From Candidatus Kapaibacterium sp. (GTDB lineage Bacteria > Bacteroidota > Ignavibacteria > Kapaibacteriales > WFXC01), in contig JALWUI010000112.1 of assembly GCA_027082775.1 (NCBI GenBank), positions 1-61,014 on the forward strand: DNA of 61,014 bases, written 5' to 3'. The notes under the pieces were generated by a model. That model had not been told where the DNA came from. It did no database searches and worked only from the letters and a program-made list of their open reading frames with translations. This document shows, one piece after another, positions 8,701 through 17,800 of this stretch. A program made the translations under genes and the position numbers. How positions within the stretch are numbered: the stretch's first letter is position 1; each line of letters opens with the position of its first letter.

Positions 8701-9029
8701 TTGATCCCGTTAAAAGTCTGTGTCATTGGTATATAATCCCCCGAATTGTATTCGGGATTCGGATTATACGGAGTGTTGAAGGTACTACCATCCAGCGCTG
8801 CCGAGTTAAAATCTATAAACAGGTTTGCTCCATATAATCGCAGCGGATTATTGGCGTCCGGGATAGTCATCCACAATTCAGCATAGTATACTCCATTATC
8901 CGCCCACCGCTTGCCAATGAAAAATTCCACCCGATTATTCCCATAAGCTGCTGTAGTCTCCATAAACAAATACACAAACACACTCGTGCACATCACAGCA
9001 AGTTGTGACAGGGTCATCATCCGTTTCAT
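2733..9029 (-). CDS. 2098-aa secreted Ig-repeat surface protein with T9SS type-A C-terminal sorting domain
   Basis: Signal peptide MKRMMTLSQLAVMCTSVFVYLFMETTAAYG. N-terminal cohesin-like module (..LYGANLFIDFNSAALDGS..). Roughly 20 I-set-like Ig repeats (C..G..V.F.V...G..L.YQW......W..I.GAT..T..L......D.G.Y) and two 85-aa PKD/SprB-like repeats. The last 89 aa (nt 2736-3002), FILEQNNPNPFETRTVIRF...SSGTYFYTL...RQMLIVK, fit the Por/T9SS CTD pattern. Confidence 0.9.
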   Translation of the reverse strand: MKRMMTLSQLAVMCTSVFVYLFMETTAAYGNNRVEFFIGKRWADNGVYYAELWMTIPDANNPLRLYGANLFIDFNSAALDGSTFNTPYNPNPEYNSGDYIPMTQTFNGINTVSINITPSNFFFNPGPTTGTVYIATYRWGIKSGGGTQLDQLQFNISASAVAHKEPNQTPISLTYCSSNCTPSNFGLQQPTSRLIGLPTITQQPQDVTECEGNDVTFSVGTIGGPYTYQWQYSANGTTWSNIANATAATLTLTAIDGNDAGFYRCEVSSTWATATSNSAQLTVWFNPTLTDPVDPDVCVGQDATFSSNYTGTAPITFTLQRQDIATPSGPWNDVATTTLTTSPGTVNFTLYNVQTGDGDYIYRIVASNACATVISGSTSLTVTAPPEITSAPQDEFLCFYGDTQVQLSVGGINFQTVTWSQVTGTLWNFTGQYTQTLTIDVTSPGQAVYEVVLWNGCGTSTATVTVTAYDAPVLTAAFNSTEICDGSSTTLSVTVTGGTSPYAITWYLGNDQGPVLGTGTSLTTSPSVGTHTYYVFVEDANGCTSATTTVVTVNPNPVADAGLDQEICEGGSTTLGGNPTASGGTAPYTYNWSPTTGLNDPTAANPTVTLNAAGTYTYTVTVTDSKGCTASDQVVVTVNPNPVADAGQDVTICAGATATLGGNPTASGGTAPYTYNWSPTTGLSDPTAANPTVTLNAAGTYTYTVTVTDSKGCTASDQVVVTVQSAPTITQQPTDQSVCENGTVTFSSQATGDPAPTAQWYVSTDAGASWTAIAGANTASLMLTGVTRSLNQYQYRVEWTNACGTVTSNAVTLTVYTLAENLTHPSDQTVCAGDDAVFTATAQVGTPQTVLTIRWQVSTDNGTSWTDLSDVAGHISGSGTSTLTVTAQQSDDGNQYRAKFTTQCGDVFSNAATLNFYALPDITQHPQDVTICEGDPFTLSVQASGTGLTYQWQYSSDNVTWVDITGATNSTYSVNSAATSDAGYYRVIVSNICNQPAISNSAQVTVNTAPVITQQPQTPAPACEGTDIVITSQASGQPAPQAQWQVSTDGGATWTDLVGETNPTLTLTNVDRTINQYQYRVVYSNVCGTDVSQGVTVTIYTLAENLTHPQNLTVCAGDDAVYTASAQVGTPQTPLSVQWQVSTDGGATWTDLVDAPGHISGSQTNTLTVTAQPTDDGNYYRAAYTTPCGTVYTNPARLDFYALPEITEQPQGVAVCAGQSFTLSVQAVGTGLTYQWYKYDGQGNAVAIPGATQSTYTKLNAQEADEGFYFVVVSNICNQPATSNTVAVVVNQPPVIQQPPVSQVVCVGADVTFTALATGTGIDYEWYKDGNLIASGVNTITLQNVTDADEGTYEVKVTGTCGVATAQATLTVKYPPVITAVTADPNTEICEGTDVVLTATATGDDLSYEWYKDGQLVGMGATLNLPAITPSQAGEYQVVVSGYCPPNVTSSIVLTVNTKPRISQHPASQVVCLGDQVSFSVVASGTGIMYQWQYSADGQTWQDIQGANAATFTLASAQYSDEGYYRVIVSGVCDPAVTSNPAQLTVHTPVSITKQPEDVGVCVGGTFQLEVEATGTPPTGQTDLQYQWYKDGVPLPGATGRILTISPATYGHSGDYWCEVTGYCGPVASAVAKVFVNPPTQVSLADPKNHVVFPGETVVFRANTNAQDLATATFQWYRGNTPLQDDGRITGSQSNVLTIRNVTQADVGNDYYVVVSAECGDATSDRGSITILIPDIEITQQPQDTTVCEGSDVTFTVQAHSIAPNAILTYQWYKDGSPIAGATAATLTLTNVTTADEGDYYVEITDIVNGVTVNSANAHLTVKTAPVIATQPQSQSVCPGEAVALDVAVDDPNDPTLTYQWYKDGQPITGATSATLEVTTSATMSDAGDYWVEIANECGVTTSETVTVSLKKETVITQQPTLSDDTVLTVNERDTIRVAAEGEGTLTYQWYKDGQPISGATSPELPLFGQSGVEGQYWCVITGECGEVVSDTVTIVFNPNVAVDERSSASGFILEQNNPNPFETRTVIRFYVPKATYVKLTISDGYGRELLTLYEGTVAAGWQQVKFDLRNTVLSSGTYFYTLSAGPVRLTRQMLIVK
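6866..7375. repeat. 255-nt tandem duplication inside the 2098-aa gene (two PKD/SprB-like domains)
   Basis: The motif CCGCATCCGCCACCGGGTTCGGATTGACCGTTACCACC starts at 7091 and 7346 (period 255 nt = 85 codons). About 190 nt of each unit are nearly identical and about 45 nt are divergent. Confidence 0.85.
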
Positions 9030-9103
9030 GGCTGCTATCCTCTTCCTGTTTTTATTGTTGAACTATTGCGTCCTAAAAAAGACTTCCACAGGCTTTTTGG
9101 GGC

Positions 9104-9640
9104 CTATGGCTCTGGCACTTGTCCTGGATTATTCAACCCGTTGTTCTGCAAAACCTGGAGTACATCCGTTATATTGACTCCCTGATCATTATTGGCATCG
9201 GCTGCCCGCAACGCATAGCTGTTGCCAACCTGAACCAGGGCGAAATTCCCATTGTACACATTGGCAGGATTGCGAAAGTCCCAGCTAACTGTTGCCCCTG
9301 AACTAATGGCTACGGCTGTTGAAGAAGCCACGGGCAAATGACTTCCGCACCGAACGACAATCCAATAGTTACCGCTGTTCAGGTTTTGAAACAATGCCGT
9401 TGCGGTTCCTGTTGTACTCAACATCACCGCTTTTCGATCCACTAAAGTTGACGTTTGTAATTGTGCACCTGAGCGTAACTCCACCGCTATTGGAACAGGC
9501 AAATGTATAGAGCCATTCCAAAATCCTTGCATATACGCTTGCACATGCACTGTGGTTATTGTTTGTGCCGATGTCCAATGTAGGGCTATAATACCCAACG
9601 TCACTACCCACTGCCAGAGAATCGCTTTGCGACGGCCCAT
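9104..9640 (-). CDS. 178-aa secreted protein consisting only of the island's shared C-terminal (dockerin-like) module
   Basis: Signal peptide MGRRKAILWQWVVTLGIIALHWTSAQ. The remainder aligns by eye, at about two-thirds identity, to the last 152 aa of the neighbouring 687-aa protein (AVELRSG.QL.TSTLVDR.AVM.STT...GNYW.V.RCG..LP...NNPGQVP.P). Confidence 0.8.
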   Translation of the reverse strand: MGRRKAILWQWVVTLGIIALHWTSAQTITTVHVQAYMQGFWNGSIHLPVPIAVELRSGAQLQTSTLVDRKAVMLSTTGTATALFQNLNSGNYWIVVRCGSHLPVASSTAVAISSGATVSWDFRNPANVYNGNFALVQVGNSYALRAADANNDQGVNITDVLQVLQNNGLNNPGQVPEP

Positions 9641-9661
9641 TGCTCTTCCTTCGATAAATGT

Positions 9662-11725
9662 TTATGGAGCAGGAACTTGTCCCGGATTGTTTTGCCCATT
9701 ATTGCCCAACCAGATCAGGATGTCACTTACATTCACATTACGATCCCCATTGAGATCTCCAGTTCGCACATACCAAGTGCTACCTGATTGAGACAATGCC
9801 GCATTGCCATTAAACACATTTGCAGGATCTGTGAAATTCACATTGTAGGTATTTCCTGGCGACATTGACAGTGCAGTATTGGAACCAATAGGCAAATACC
9901 CTCCGCATCGAATTACCACCCAATAATTTCCAGCGGTAATCCCGGTAAACTCTGCTGTCGCAACAGCCGTGGTACTATGCATCACGGCAACGCGATCCAC
10001 GAGGGTAGAAGTCGATAGTTGAGAACCACTTCGCAATTCCACGGCAACGGGTACTGGTGTATGCACACTTCCATTCCACAATCCCTGGAAATACGCGGTA
10101 ACATTGACTGTTAACGTAATTGGTGTAACAGTCAACTGGGCTGTTGAACTAACGGTTCCACAATCCCCTGATACCAGTACTCGATAGTATCCGGCATCGC
10201 TGGGTTGTGCATTCGAAACCGTATAGCTAGCATTAGTTGCACCACTGATATCGGTAAAGGTCGTCCCATTCGTCGAAAACTGCCATTGATAGGACAGGTT
10301 CGACCCCACCGCCGTGACCGTAAAGGTTGTACTCTGCCCCTGAAGCACCGTTTGATCCTGAGGACCTGCGGTAATCTGGGTTGACTGCAAAATGGAAAAA
10401 TCACCATCCGAATCATCAAACCGCCCCGGTGTGCTTACATCTTCAATACGGATACGATAATTCGTACCAGCACTCAACGAATTGGAAATATTCCACACAA
10501 ATGATCCTGCTGGAGCCGGGGTCGAATTGGTCAACGTTGCTACCGTTGTTCCTCCCTGTAACAATGTAATTTTCACATTCGCAATATTTTGACTGCTCCA
10601 CGTAATCGTTGTAGAAGCTCCGGGACAGAAACTTTCCCCACCATTGGGATAGGTTACCTGTACAATAAACTGTGGTGGTTCGACAATGTAATTCGCATTG
10701 TCCGTTACATCCACGCTGTTATTCCACGGACTGACATTGGGACGGAAATAAAACAGGGAACTGGGAGTTCCTGAGGACACCCATTGGGGATTAACATCCG
10801 TTACGATCGTCCCAGAAGTTGCCCCGGTAATCTTGAAACGCCCAATCCATGTTCCATCTCCACTACTGGAGGCGCTTTCCATCTTTGTGTCGAACTCTGT
10901 TTGGTTCGCGGTGGTTGGAGCAGACAATGCAATTTGAATTTGATTACCACTCAATTGGGTATTGTAGGTATAGTAATTCTGCAATCTCGACGTCCCTGCC
11001 TGCACCAGGGAAATGGTGGGCGAGTTGAAATGTGTGTTGTCATAGGTCAAAACAAAATCGCAATCATCAATATAAAAGGTGGGCCCATCGGCGTCGGTCT
11101 GGCGAATATAAATGTCAAAGGTATATTCGTTGTTCAGCAACTCCTGATTCTTCACGATCACATCAAATTCTGGTCCCATCGAGACATTCGGCGGGGTCAA
11201 CAATGTTGTGTTTACCTGATAATCAATATTCCACCACGCATAAATCACCGTCGTATACAGCCCTGTTCCCCAGGCTAACCCTGCTGTTCCAGTATAATCA
11301 GTAATTCCACTGATTGTCAGAGTTCCCAGCTTATCACCACTGGCAGCATTCGTAATGGTAATACAGTTTGCCGTCGAGGGACTCACATTGAAGAAAATCT
11401 CTATGCCAACTGTTTTTTTCGGCGATGTATTGACAATAGCCGCATCAGCACCATAATTACTATTAAACAAATTGGTATTCAGACTGAACGTAGCAACGGG
11501 AGATGTCCATTTAGTATGGTCAAATTGAATATAAATGGAACAGTCCGTCAGATACATTGGATTGCTATTATCATCATTACGTAGATAAAGATCCATAATC
11601 AGCTCATCACCTACGATATGGGCGTTCTGAATCCAGAGCGTACCAACCGTTGACTGCGCAAACCCCTGAAAGCGGATCAAACCAATCAGCAATACTCCCA
11701 CCACGAAATGTTGCCACTGTTTCAT
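9662..11725 (-). CDS. ~687-aa secreted protein: two cohesin-like modules, Kre9/KNH-like Ig domain, one I-set-like Ig domain, shared dockerin-like C-terminal module
   Basis: The ORF track extends to a TTG at 11770, which lies inside the upstream terminator T-run. ATG at 11723-11725 gives the signal peptide MKQWQHFVVGVLLIGLIRFQGFAQ, preceded by AAGGGGA. Motifs: YLTDCSIYIQFDHTKWTSP, YIDDCDFVLTYDNTHFNSP, VTYPNGGESF..TITWSS...YRIRIEDVS, GDLNGDRNVNVSDIL, and the ending NNPGQVPAP. Confidence 0.85.
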   Translation of the reverse strand: MKQWQHFVVGVLLIGLIRFQGFAQSTVGTLWIQNAHIVGDELIMDLYLRNDDNSNPMYLTDCSIYIQFDHTKWTSPVATFSLNTNLFNSNYGADAAIVNTSPKKTVGIEIFFNVSPSTANCITITNAASGDKLGTLTISGITDYTGTAGLAWGTGLYTTVIYAWWNIDYQVNTTLLTPPNVSMGPEFDVIVKNQELLNNEYTFDIYIRQTDADGPTFYIDDCDFVLTYDNTHFNSPTISLVQAGTSRLQNYYTYNTQLSGNQIQIALSAPTTANQTEFDTKMESASSSGDGTWIGRFKITGATSGTIVTDVNPQWVSSGTPSSLFYFRPNVSPWNNSVDVTDNANYIVEPPQFIVQVTYPNGGESFCPGASTTITWSSQNIANVKITLLQGGTTVATLTNSTPAPAGSFVWNISNSLSAGTNYRIRIEDVSTPGRFDDSDGDFSILQSTQITAGPQDQTVLQGQSTTFTVTAVGSNLSYQWQFSTNGTTFTDISGATNASYTVSNAQPSDAGYYRVLVSGDCGTVSSTAQLTVTPITLTVNVTAYFQGLWNGSVHTPVPVAVELRSGSQLSTSTLVDRVAVMHSTTAVATAEFTGITAGNYWVVIRCGGYLPIGSNTALSMSPGNTYNVNFTDPANVFNGNAALSQSGSTWYVRTGDLNGDRNVNVSDILIWLGNNGQNNPGQVPAP

Positions 11726-11763
11726 TGATATCCCCTTTTTATCTGCTCCAACTTGTTTCGCAT

Positions 11764-11799
11764 AAAACAAAAAAGCAGTCGGGATTTCCCCGACTGCTT
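11764..11799 (-). terminator. Rho-independent terminator after the 6237-aa gene
   Basis: Stem GCAGTCGGG (11775-11783), 5-nt loop, CCCGACTGC (11889-11897 is wrong by 100; correct span is 11789-11797). On the minus strand it is followed by TTTTTTGTTTT. Lies 16 nt past the stop at 11814. Confidence 0.8.
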
Positions 11800-11813
11800 C
11801 CTCTTTTCTTGCC

Positions 11814-14800
11814 TTACGGCACCTGCGTTACTCTGAAGGCGTTGTTACGCGGCACGATACGGTCGGCAGCATTCACAATGCCATCCAAAGTAACATCAGT
11901 CACCAGATATCCTGTTTGTCCGGAGGCATTCCGCACTGCTACCCGATCAGCCGCATTGATAATACCGAAGGTCGAAGCAGCATCGCCAGCCACCATACCG
12001 TAGACCGACGGAGCAAGTCTCGGCAAGCCAACCATTGGCAACTGGCTCTGACTGTATGCTTTCGATTGCGATACGGTAAAGTCATACAAGGTCGAGCTGC
12101 CAGTGTTCAATGTCGTTGCCGAAGAACTCATAATCCACAGGTGGTTACGATGTTTGATCACAATGTAGTAATCATCTGCCGTGATCGAGCTAAACGCCAC
12201 CTGACTACTACCATCGAGATCGGTGATCGTTCCGGTTGTTGTGATAAATGCAGCCCGTTGCGCCACCGTCGTGGTCTTGCTATTCTTATCCCGCAATTCC
12301 ACAACAACCCAATCCACAGCGTTGTTTGGCACAATTACCACGCTCTCACCTAATCCATAAGGATCGGTCGTCGGCAGGAATCCATACTGATTCAGCAAGT
12401 TGTGCATCAATGCACCACTGCTCTGATCGAATGGTCCTTCAAGCACTGCCTTCACGTTCGCCACAACCGGCACGGCTGGCGTTTGCGTAATGCTCACCAG
12501 ATCCGCAATGTCACTATCATCTGCTGGGCTGGTAATATGTGCATAGAACTGATACACATCCGTACCGGCATTGTTACCAGAAGTATACCGGATGATGGCG
12601 GTCGTTCCATTATCAATCACGGTTGTGCTACCACCACCGGAATTATCGGTTTGGACATTGACGCTTACCGTTCCGACGGTGGTCAGGTTCCCGTTCGCAT
12701 CTCGTTTCACGACCACAAAGTCCGTTGTAAACCCACCAACCGGCACCGTCGCAGTCGTTGGCGTAATGGTCGACTGTGCAGCAACGGCTGGACCAGGTAC
12801 GACATCAAATACGGTCGAAATACCCGGATTGAGCCCGGTTGCCGCTGCTTCAAGGTAGTACTGTCCGGGACGATTGACGTTCACATTGGTGAACGGTATC
12901 GTTCCCGTTCCTGTTGTAACGGTATAATCAGCGCTCAGAACGCCCGTGCCGCTGATAGCAGTAAGTGAGAGTGTTACCGTTGTTGTGTAATTCGGCACCA
13001 GGTTGCCGTACTGATCCTGTACCTGCACTTCAACATCGAAGGTCGATGTTGCAGAAGTTTCGGTCGGCGGATTCACGCTGAACGCCAACTGCGATGCCGA
13101 TGCATTGGTCACAACGAACGGATCGGAAACAACGGCTGGCAGTATCGGCGTTCCTACCGTTTGAGCCCGCAGTGTATAGGTTCCTGCTTTCGTAAAGCTC
13201 ACACCACTGAAGCTGGCAACACCATTGACTGCGGTTGTAATGGAGACCAACTGTCCAACCAGTCCAGGATCTGGTGCAGTATTGATTTCCAGCTTCACAA
13301 TTGCTGTTGTTGGTACCGTATTGCCGCCGCAATCAACAATTGAAACGACCGGTTGCTGGACAATCGGCTGTCCCGCAATATTCGGTCCAACCTGTCCGGG
13401 TTGCGTTGTGAATACCAGTCCAACCGGATCACCAATCAGGATGCTAAACAGCGTCGAGGTCGTTGCAGTCAGTCCGGCAGAAGTTGCAGTCAGCGTATAG
13501 CCAGCACCGGCGGTACCGCAGATTCCTACGCCTGTAAAGGTTGCAATACCCAAGACGCTATTGACAGAGGTATTGCCCGTCAGGAAGCTACTACCACTGC
13601 TACTCAGATTGACCGTCACAACATCGGTCGTGTTCCGATTGCCGTACTGATCCAGTACCTCGACCGTGACAGTTGGCGAGAACTGATCACCAGATCGCGT
13701 ATCCGTCGGATTCTGGATGAACCGCAGTTGCGCTGGCACATCCGGAATCTGGTCAATGAAGAACGGCGATCCTACAATATGAGTTCCACCAATCTGCACA
13801 CTTACTGTCGGATCCTTCGCCGCATCGGTACCAGCAGTGTACGTGAAGGTTGCTGGACTCACACCTACTATGGTCGTCGGACTCAATGTTCCATCGCCAC
13901 CAACCTGACTAATCGTCACAGTTCCGTTGTCTGTGATATTTCCATACTGGTCACGCATCGTCACCGTAATTGGTGGCGTAGTTTGGCCAACAACCACCGT
14001 AGACGGCATACCTGTCACCGTCGATTTCGCCGGATCTGCCACATCCGGGATCTGATCGATGGTAAACGGCGATCCGACGATATCATTCCCACCAATCTGT
14101 ACATTGATCGTTGGATCCAGCGTTGCATTCGTTCCTGCCGTGTAAGTAAAGGTTGTACTGGCTGAGACGCCGCCTGTAAAGGTGGTAATGCTGAGCGTTC
14201 CATCACCACCTATCTGACTAATCGTCACGGTTCCGTTCGTCGTCAAGTTCCCGAACCGGTCACGCATAGTAATTGTAATTGGCGGGGTGGTCTGTCCAAC
14301 CACCACCGTTGCTGGCATACCTGTTACCGTCGACGTGGTGTGATCTGCCACATCCGGAATCAGATCAATCGTGATCGGCGAATTCTGAACGTGTCCTGCC
14401 GGCAACGTGACGTGGATGATAGCATCGATAGAAGCATTCGTACCACCAGTGTACCGGAAGGTTCCGGTAGTCACACCCGTCATTGTAATCACTGAGCCAC
14501 TACCTGTAAAGCCAGTGGAGGTTGGTTGCAGACTACCACCTCCCTGGACGATCTGCACCGTCACCGTTCCATTCGTTGTCGGATTGCCGAACTTATCAAA
14601 CATCTGGATGGTAATATCACCCGTTTGCGTGCCAACAACAAGGGTCGCTGGCGCACCGGAGACAACTGATGTTGCCGTCGATGCCGGTCCGGCAATATTG
14701 GTGATGGTACAGGTGGAAGCACCCAGCGTCGTAATCAACGATCCGTTGACCCGGGCACGCACAATTGTCGCTCCCGTACTTGTCGGCGCTGTGTAAACTG

Positions 14801-17800
14801 CTCGATATTGACCATTGCCGATGTAGCTTGCGGTTGTCGATACACCGGCTGTTGCACCTGGTGTCCCATCATCCAGCGTCCCCAAGCCACTGGCAATGAA
14901 GATCTCGACATTATCGCCGCCAGTATTGAGCTGGTTGCCAAAGTCATCATAGAGCGTCACAATAATCGCTGTGGTCGATGCACCATCGGCAACCAGGGTT
15001 ACCGCGCTCGGACTGACCGTCGACGTTGTCGGCGATGCCGGTCCTGGGATCAGGGTAATGTATGCATGATTTGCCGGAATGATGGAGGTTCCATCAATCG
15101 TTGCACCAATGACCACATAGCTACCAGCAACCGTACCGGCAACAAAGGTATTGCCAAAGGTGCCATCACCATTGTACACCGTGGATCCCAGAGTACCCGG
15201 AGCGGGACCACCGGAGCGGATAATCTGTACCCGACTGGTATTCAAGCCGTGGTAGGTTACATCACCATCGTTGAGCTGATTGCCATACTGGTCAATCAAC
15301 GTCAACTTCAGTGTCGAACTGGACACACCATCTGCAACCAGGATATTCGGTGTCGCTGTCACAAACGACGCTGTCGTTGTCGGGAAGTCTGCCCGAATGT
15401 TCAACGTCACAGAGGCTCCGGGCTGTCCACCGTTCGGATCCAGGGCAATAGTCACTGTCGGGTTCACCCGCACATTCGGTGCAGTGTATTGAATTGTTGC
15501 CTGCGTATTACCAGCCGCTGGGACTGGATTGACAGAGAGCGTTCCATATCCTGCCGGAGCAATCGACAGATTGATATTTCCACTTGTCGATGGGTTGCCA
15601 TACTGATCGAAGAAGCTTATCGTCAGATCAACACTGGTACCCACAACAACGTCCGTCGTAGAAGCAGCAATTGTTGAAGTATTCTGCGATGCCACATCCG
15701 GATAGATCGTAAATGTCACGCTACTGCTGCCACCGCTAATACCCACCGTAGCGGTGCTGGAAGTATTCCCTGCCAGATCTGTTCCTGCCGTATAGGTCAC
15801 GGTCGCCGTTGTGGGCCACGCCATCGGCATATTCGGTGTTACAGGATTCGGTGCAACCGAACCAAATCCGAACAGATCCAGATTCAAGCTACCGGTCGTT
15901 GTCGGATTGCCATATTGATCATAGAACCACACGGTCGCCGTTGTTGCCGTTCCAACGATAATGCTGGTTGAACCATCGGCTGTAATGAAGCTCTGCGCTG
16001 GATCGGCATCGTTTGGATAGACTGTGAACACCACCTGATGATTCGGCTGTCCAATGTTACCCACGATAAAGAGGGTAGCAGTGGAACTTTGATTTCCTGC
16101 CAGATTTGTCCCCGCTGTGTAAGTCACTGTCGCCTTGGTTGCACCTGCTGTTGGCGACACTGGATTCGGAGCAAAGCTGCCGAAGCTGGCAAGATCCAGC
16201 GTAATGGATCCCGTCGTGGTTGCATTGCCATACTGATCACGGAAGTAGACCGTTGCTGTCGTGGATTCACCAGCCTTGATCGAGGTACTACCATCAGCCA
16301 CGATCGTCGAAGTCGTTGGATCAGCATCATCTGGATAGACGGTGTAGACTATGCTCGGTCCACCCAGAATACCCACGATCGCGATACTGGAGAGATTTCC
16401 TCCAAGGTTTGTTCCGGCTGTATAGGTCACCGTTGCCATTGTGGGCCATGCCATCGGCATAGTCGGTGCGACAGGATCAGGCACTACAGAGCCGAAGCCT
16501 GCCAGCGTCAGATCCAGGTTTCCAGTTGTTGTCGGATTTCCAAATTGGTCACGGAAGTATACCGTTGCCGTTGTTGCCGTGCCAACGATGAGGCTGGTCG
16601 AGCCATCGGCAACAATTGTAGACTGCGGGCCAGAGGCATCACCCGGATAGACAGTGAAGACTACACAACTGCTACCACCGACGACACAAATAGTCGCCGT
16701 ACTGGAGGGTTGCCCAGCAAGATCAGTACCCGCAATATAACCCGGCGTAATGGTCTGGGTCGTGGATCCCGCCGGTGACACGCTGGTCCCTGGTAGAATG
16801 ATCCCGAAGCCTGTCAGGCTGACATTAATCGGACCACCCGTCGTTGTGAGATTGCCATACGGATCACGGAAGGTAATCACCAGGGGCTCGCTATCACCAA
16901 CCTGAATCGAAGTATTCGTTGCGCTCACTGTCGAGGTTGTCGGATCAGCATCCGCAGGATTGATGGTGAAGACATTGGAAGTTGTCGAACCATACGTTGC
17001 GCTGGTCGCACGCAGGATGTATTGCCCTGCTGTGTAGAAGGTCAGGTTAAATTGCGCCACACCGGAAGCGGTATACTTCGTATCGGTTCCGGTGAACGGC
17101 TGTGGCGTCCCTGATGCACTGAACAGATTCGGAATGAATTGCCAGATATCGACCGTGATCCAGCTTGCTGCAGTGGAAACCGTATTGCCACCCGCATCGA
17201 CAATTCGAACTTCGATCGGCGGATGCGGGAAGGTTCCATACTGCTCACCGGCGACACCATCCGGAATCGTGTTGAATGCCAGCCCAACTGGTGGACCGGT
17301 AACAATGTTGATGTTCGCTGTTGTTGCCGGTGCTAATCCTGCAGCATCAACTTGCAACTTGTAGGTACCAACTTTATCCAGACTGACACCTGCGAAGGTG
17401 GCAACACCGCCAACAGCGTTCACAGGATTCGCCGCTACCGTCAATGTTCCACCCGCAGGTCCGCTGGCGATACTGAGCGTAATGCTATGCGTTGCTGTTG
17501 TTACCAGGTTGCCACCGAGATCCTGCACCTCAACTTCAATGTCCGGACTAAAGGTTTGTCCACCGGTGAAGGTCTGCGGCGTTGCATCGTACGGCGCACG
17601 GAATGCCAATTTGGCTGGCGGACCAACCACAACGTCAAAGGCATCACTATTCCCCGGTTGCAACGGTGATGCACTGGCGACCAGCCAGTAACCCGTTCCA
17701 ACCTTATCAACCCGCACACCAGTCACCGTTGCCTGGCCATCAACTGTTGTTACCTGGTTCCCCGGATGATTCGTGTACAGCGTTGCTCCTGGAGTACCAC

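Noticed and set aside
9030-9103. Possible terminator between the 178-aa gene and the 2098-aa gene (A5G...CT6 hairpin around 9073-9096).
   Set aside because: The stem is mostly A-T with an internal mismatch and little U-tract is left after pairing. The three genes 9662-11725, 9104-9640 and 2733-9029 may well be co-transcribed.
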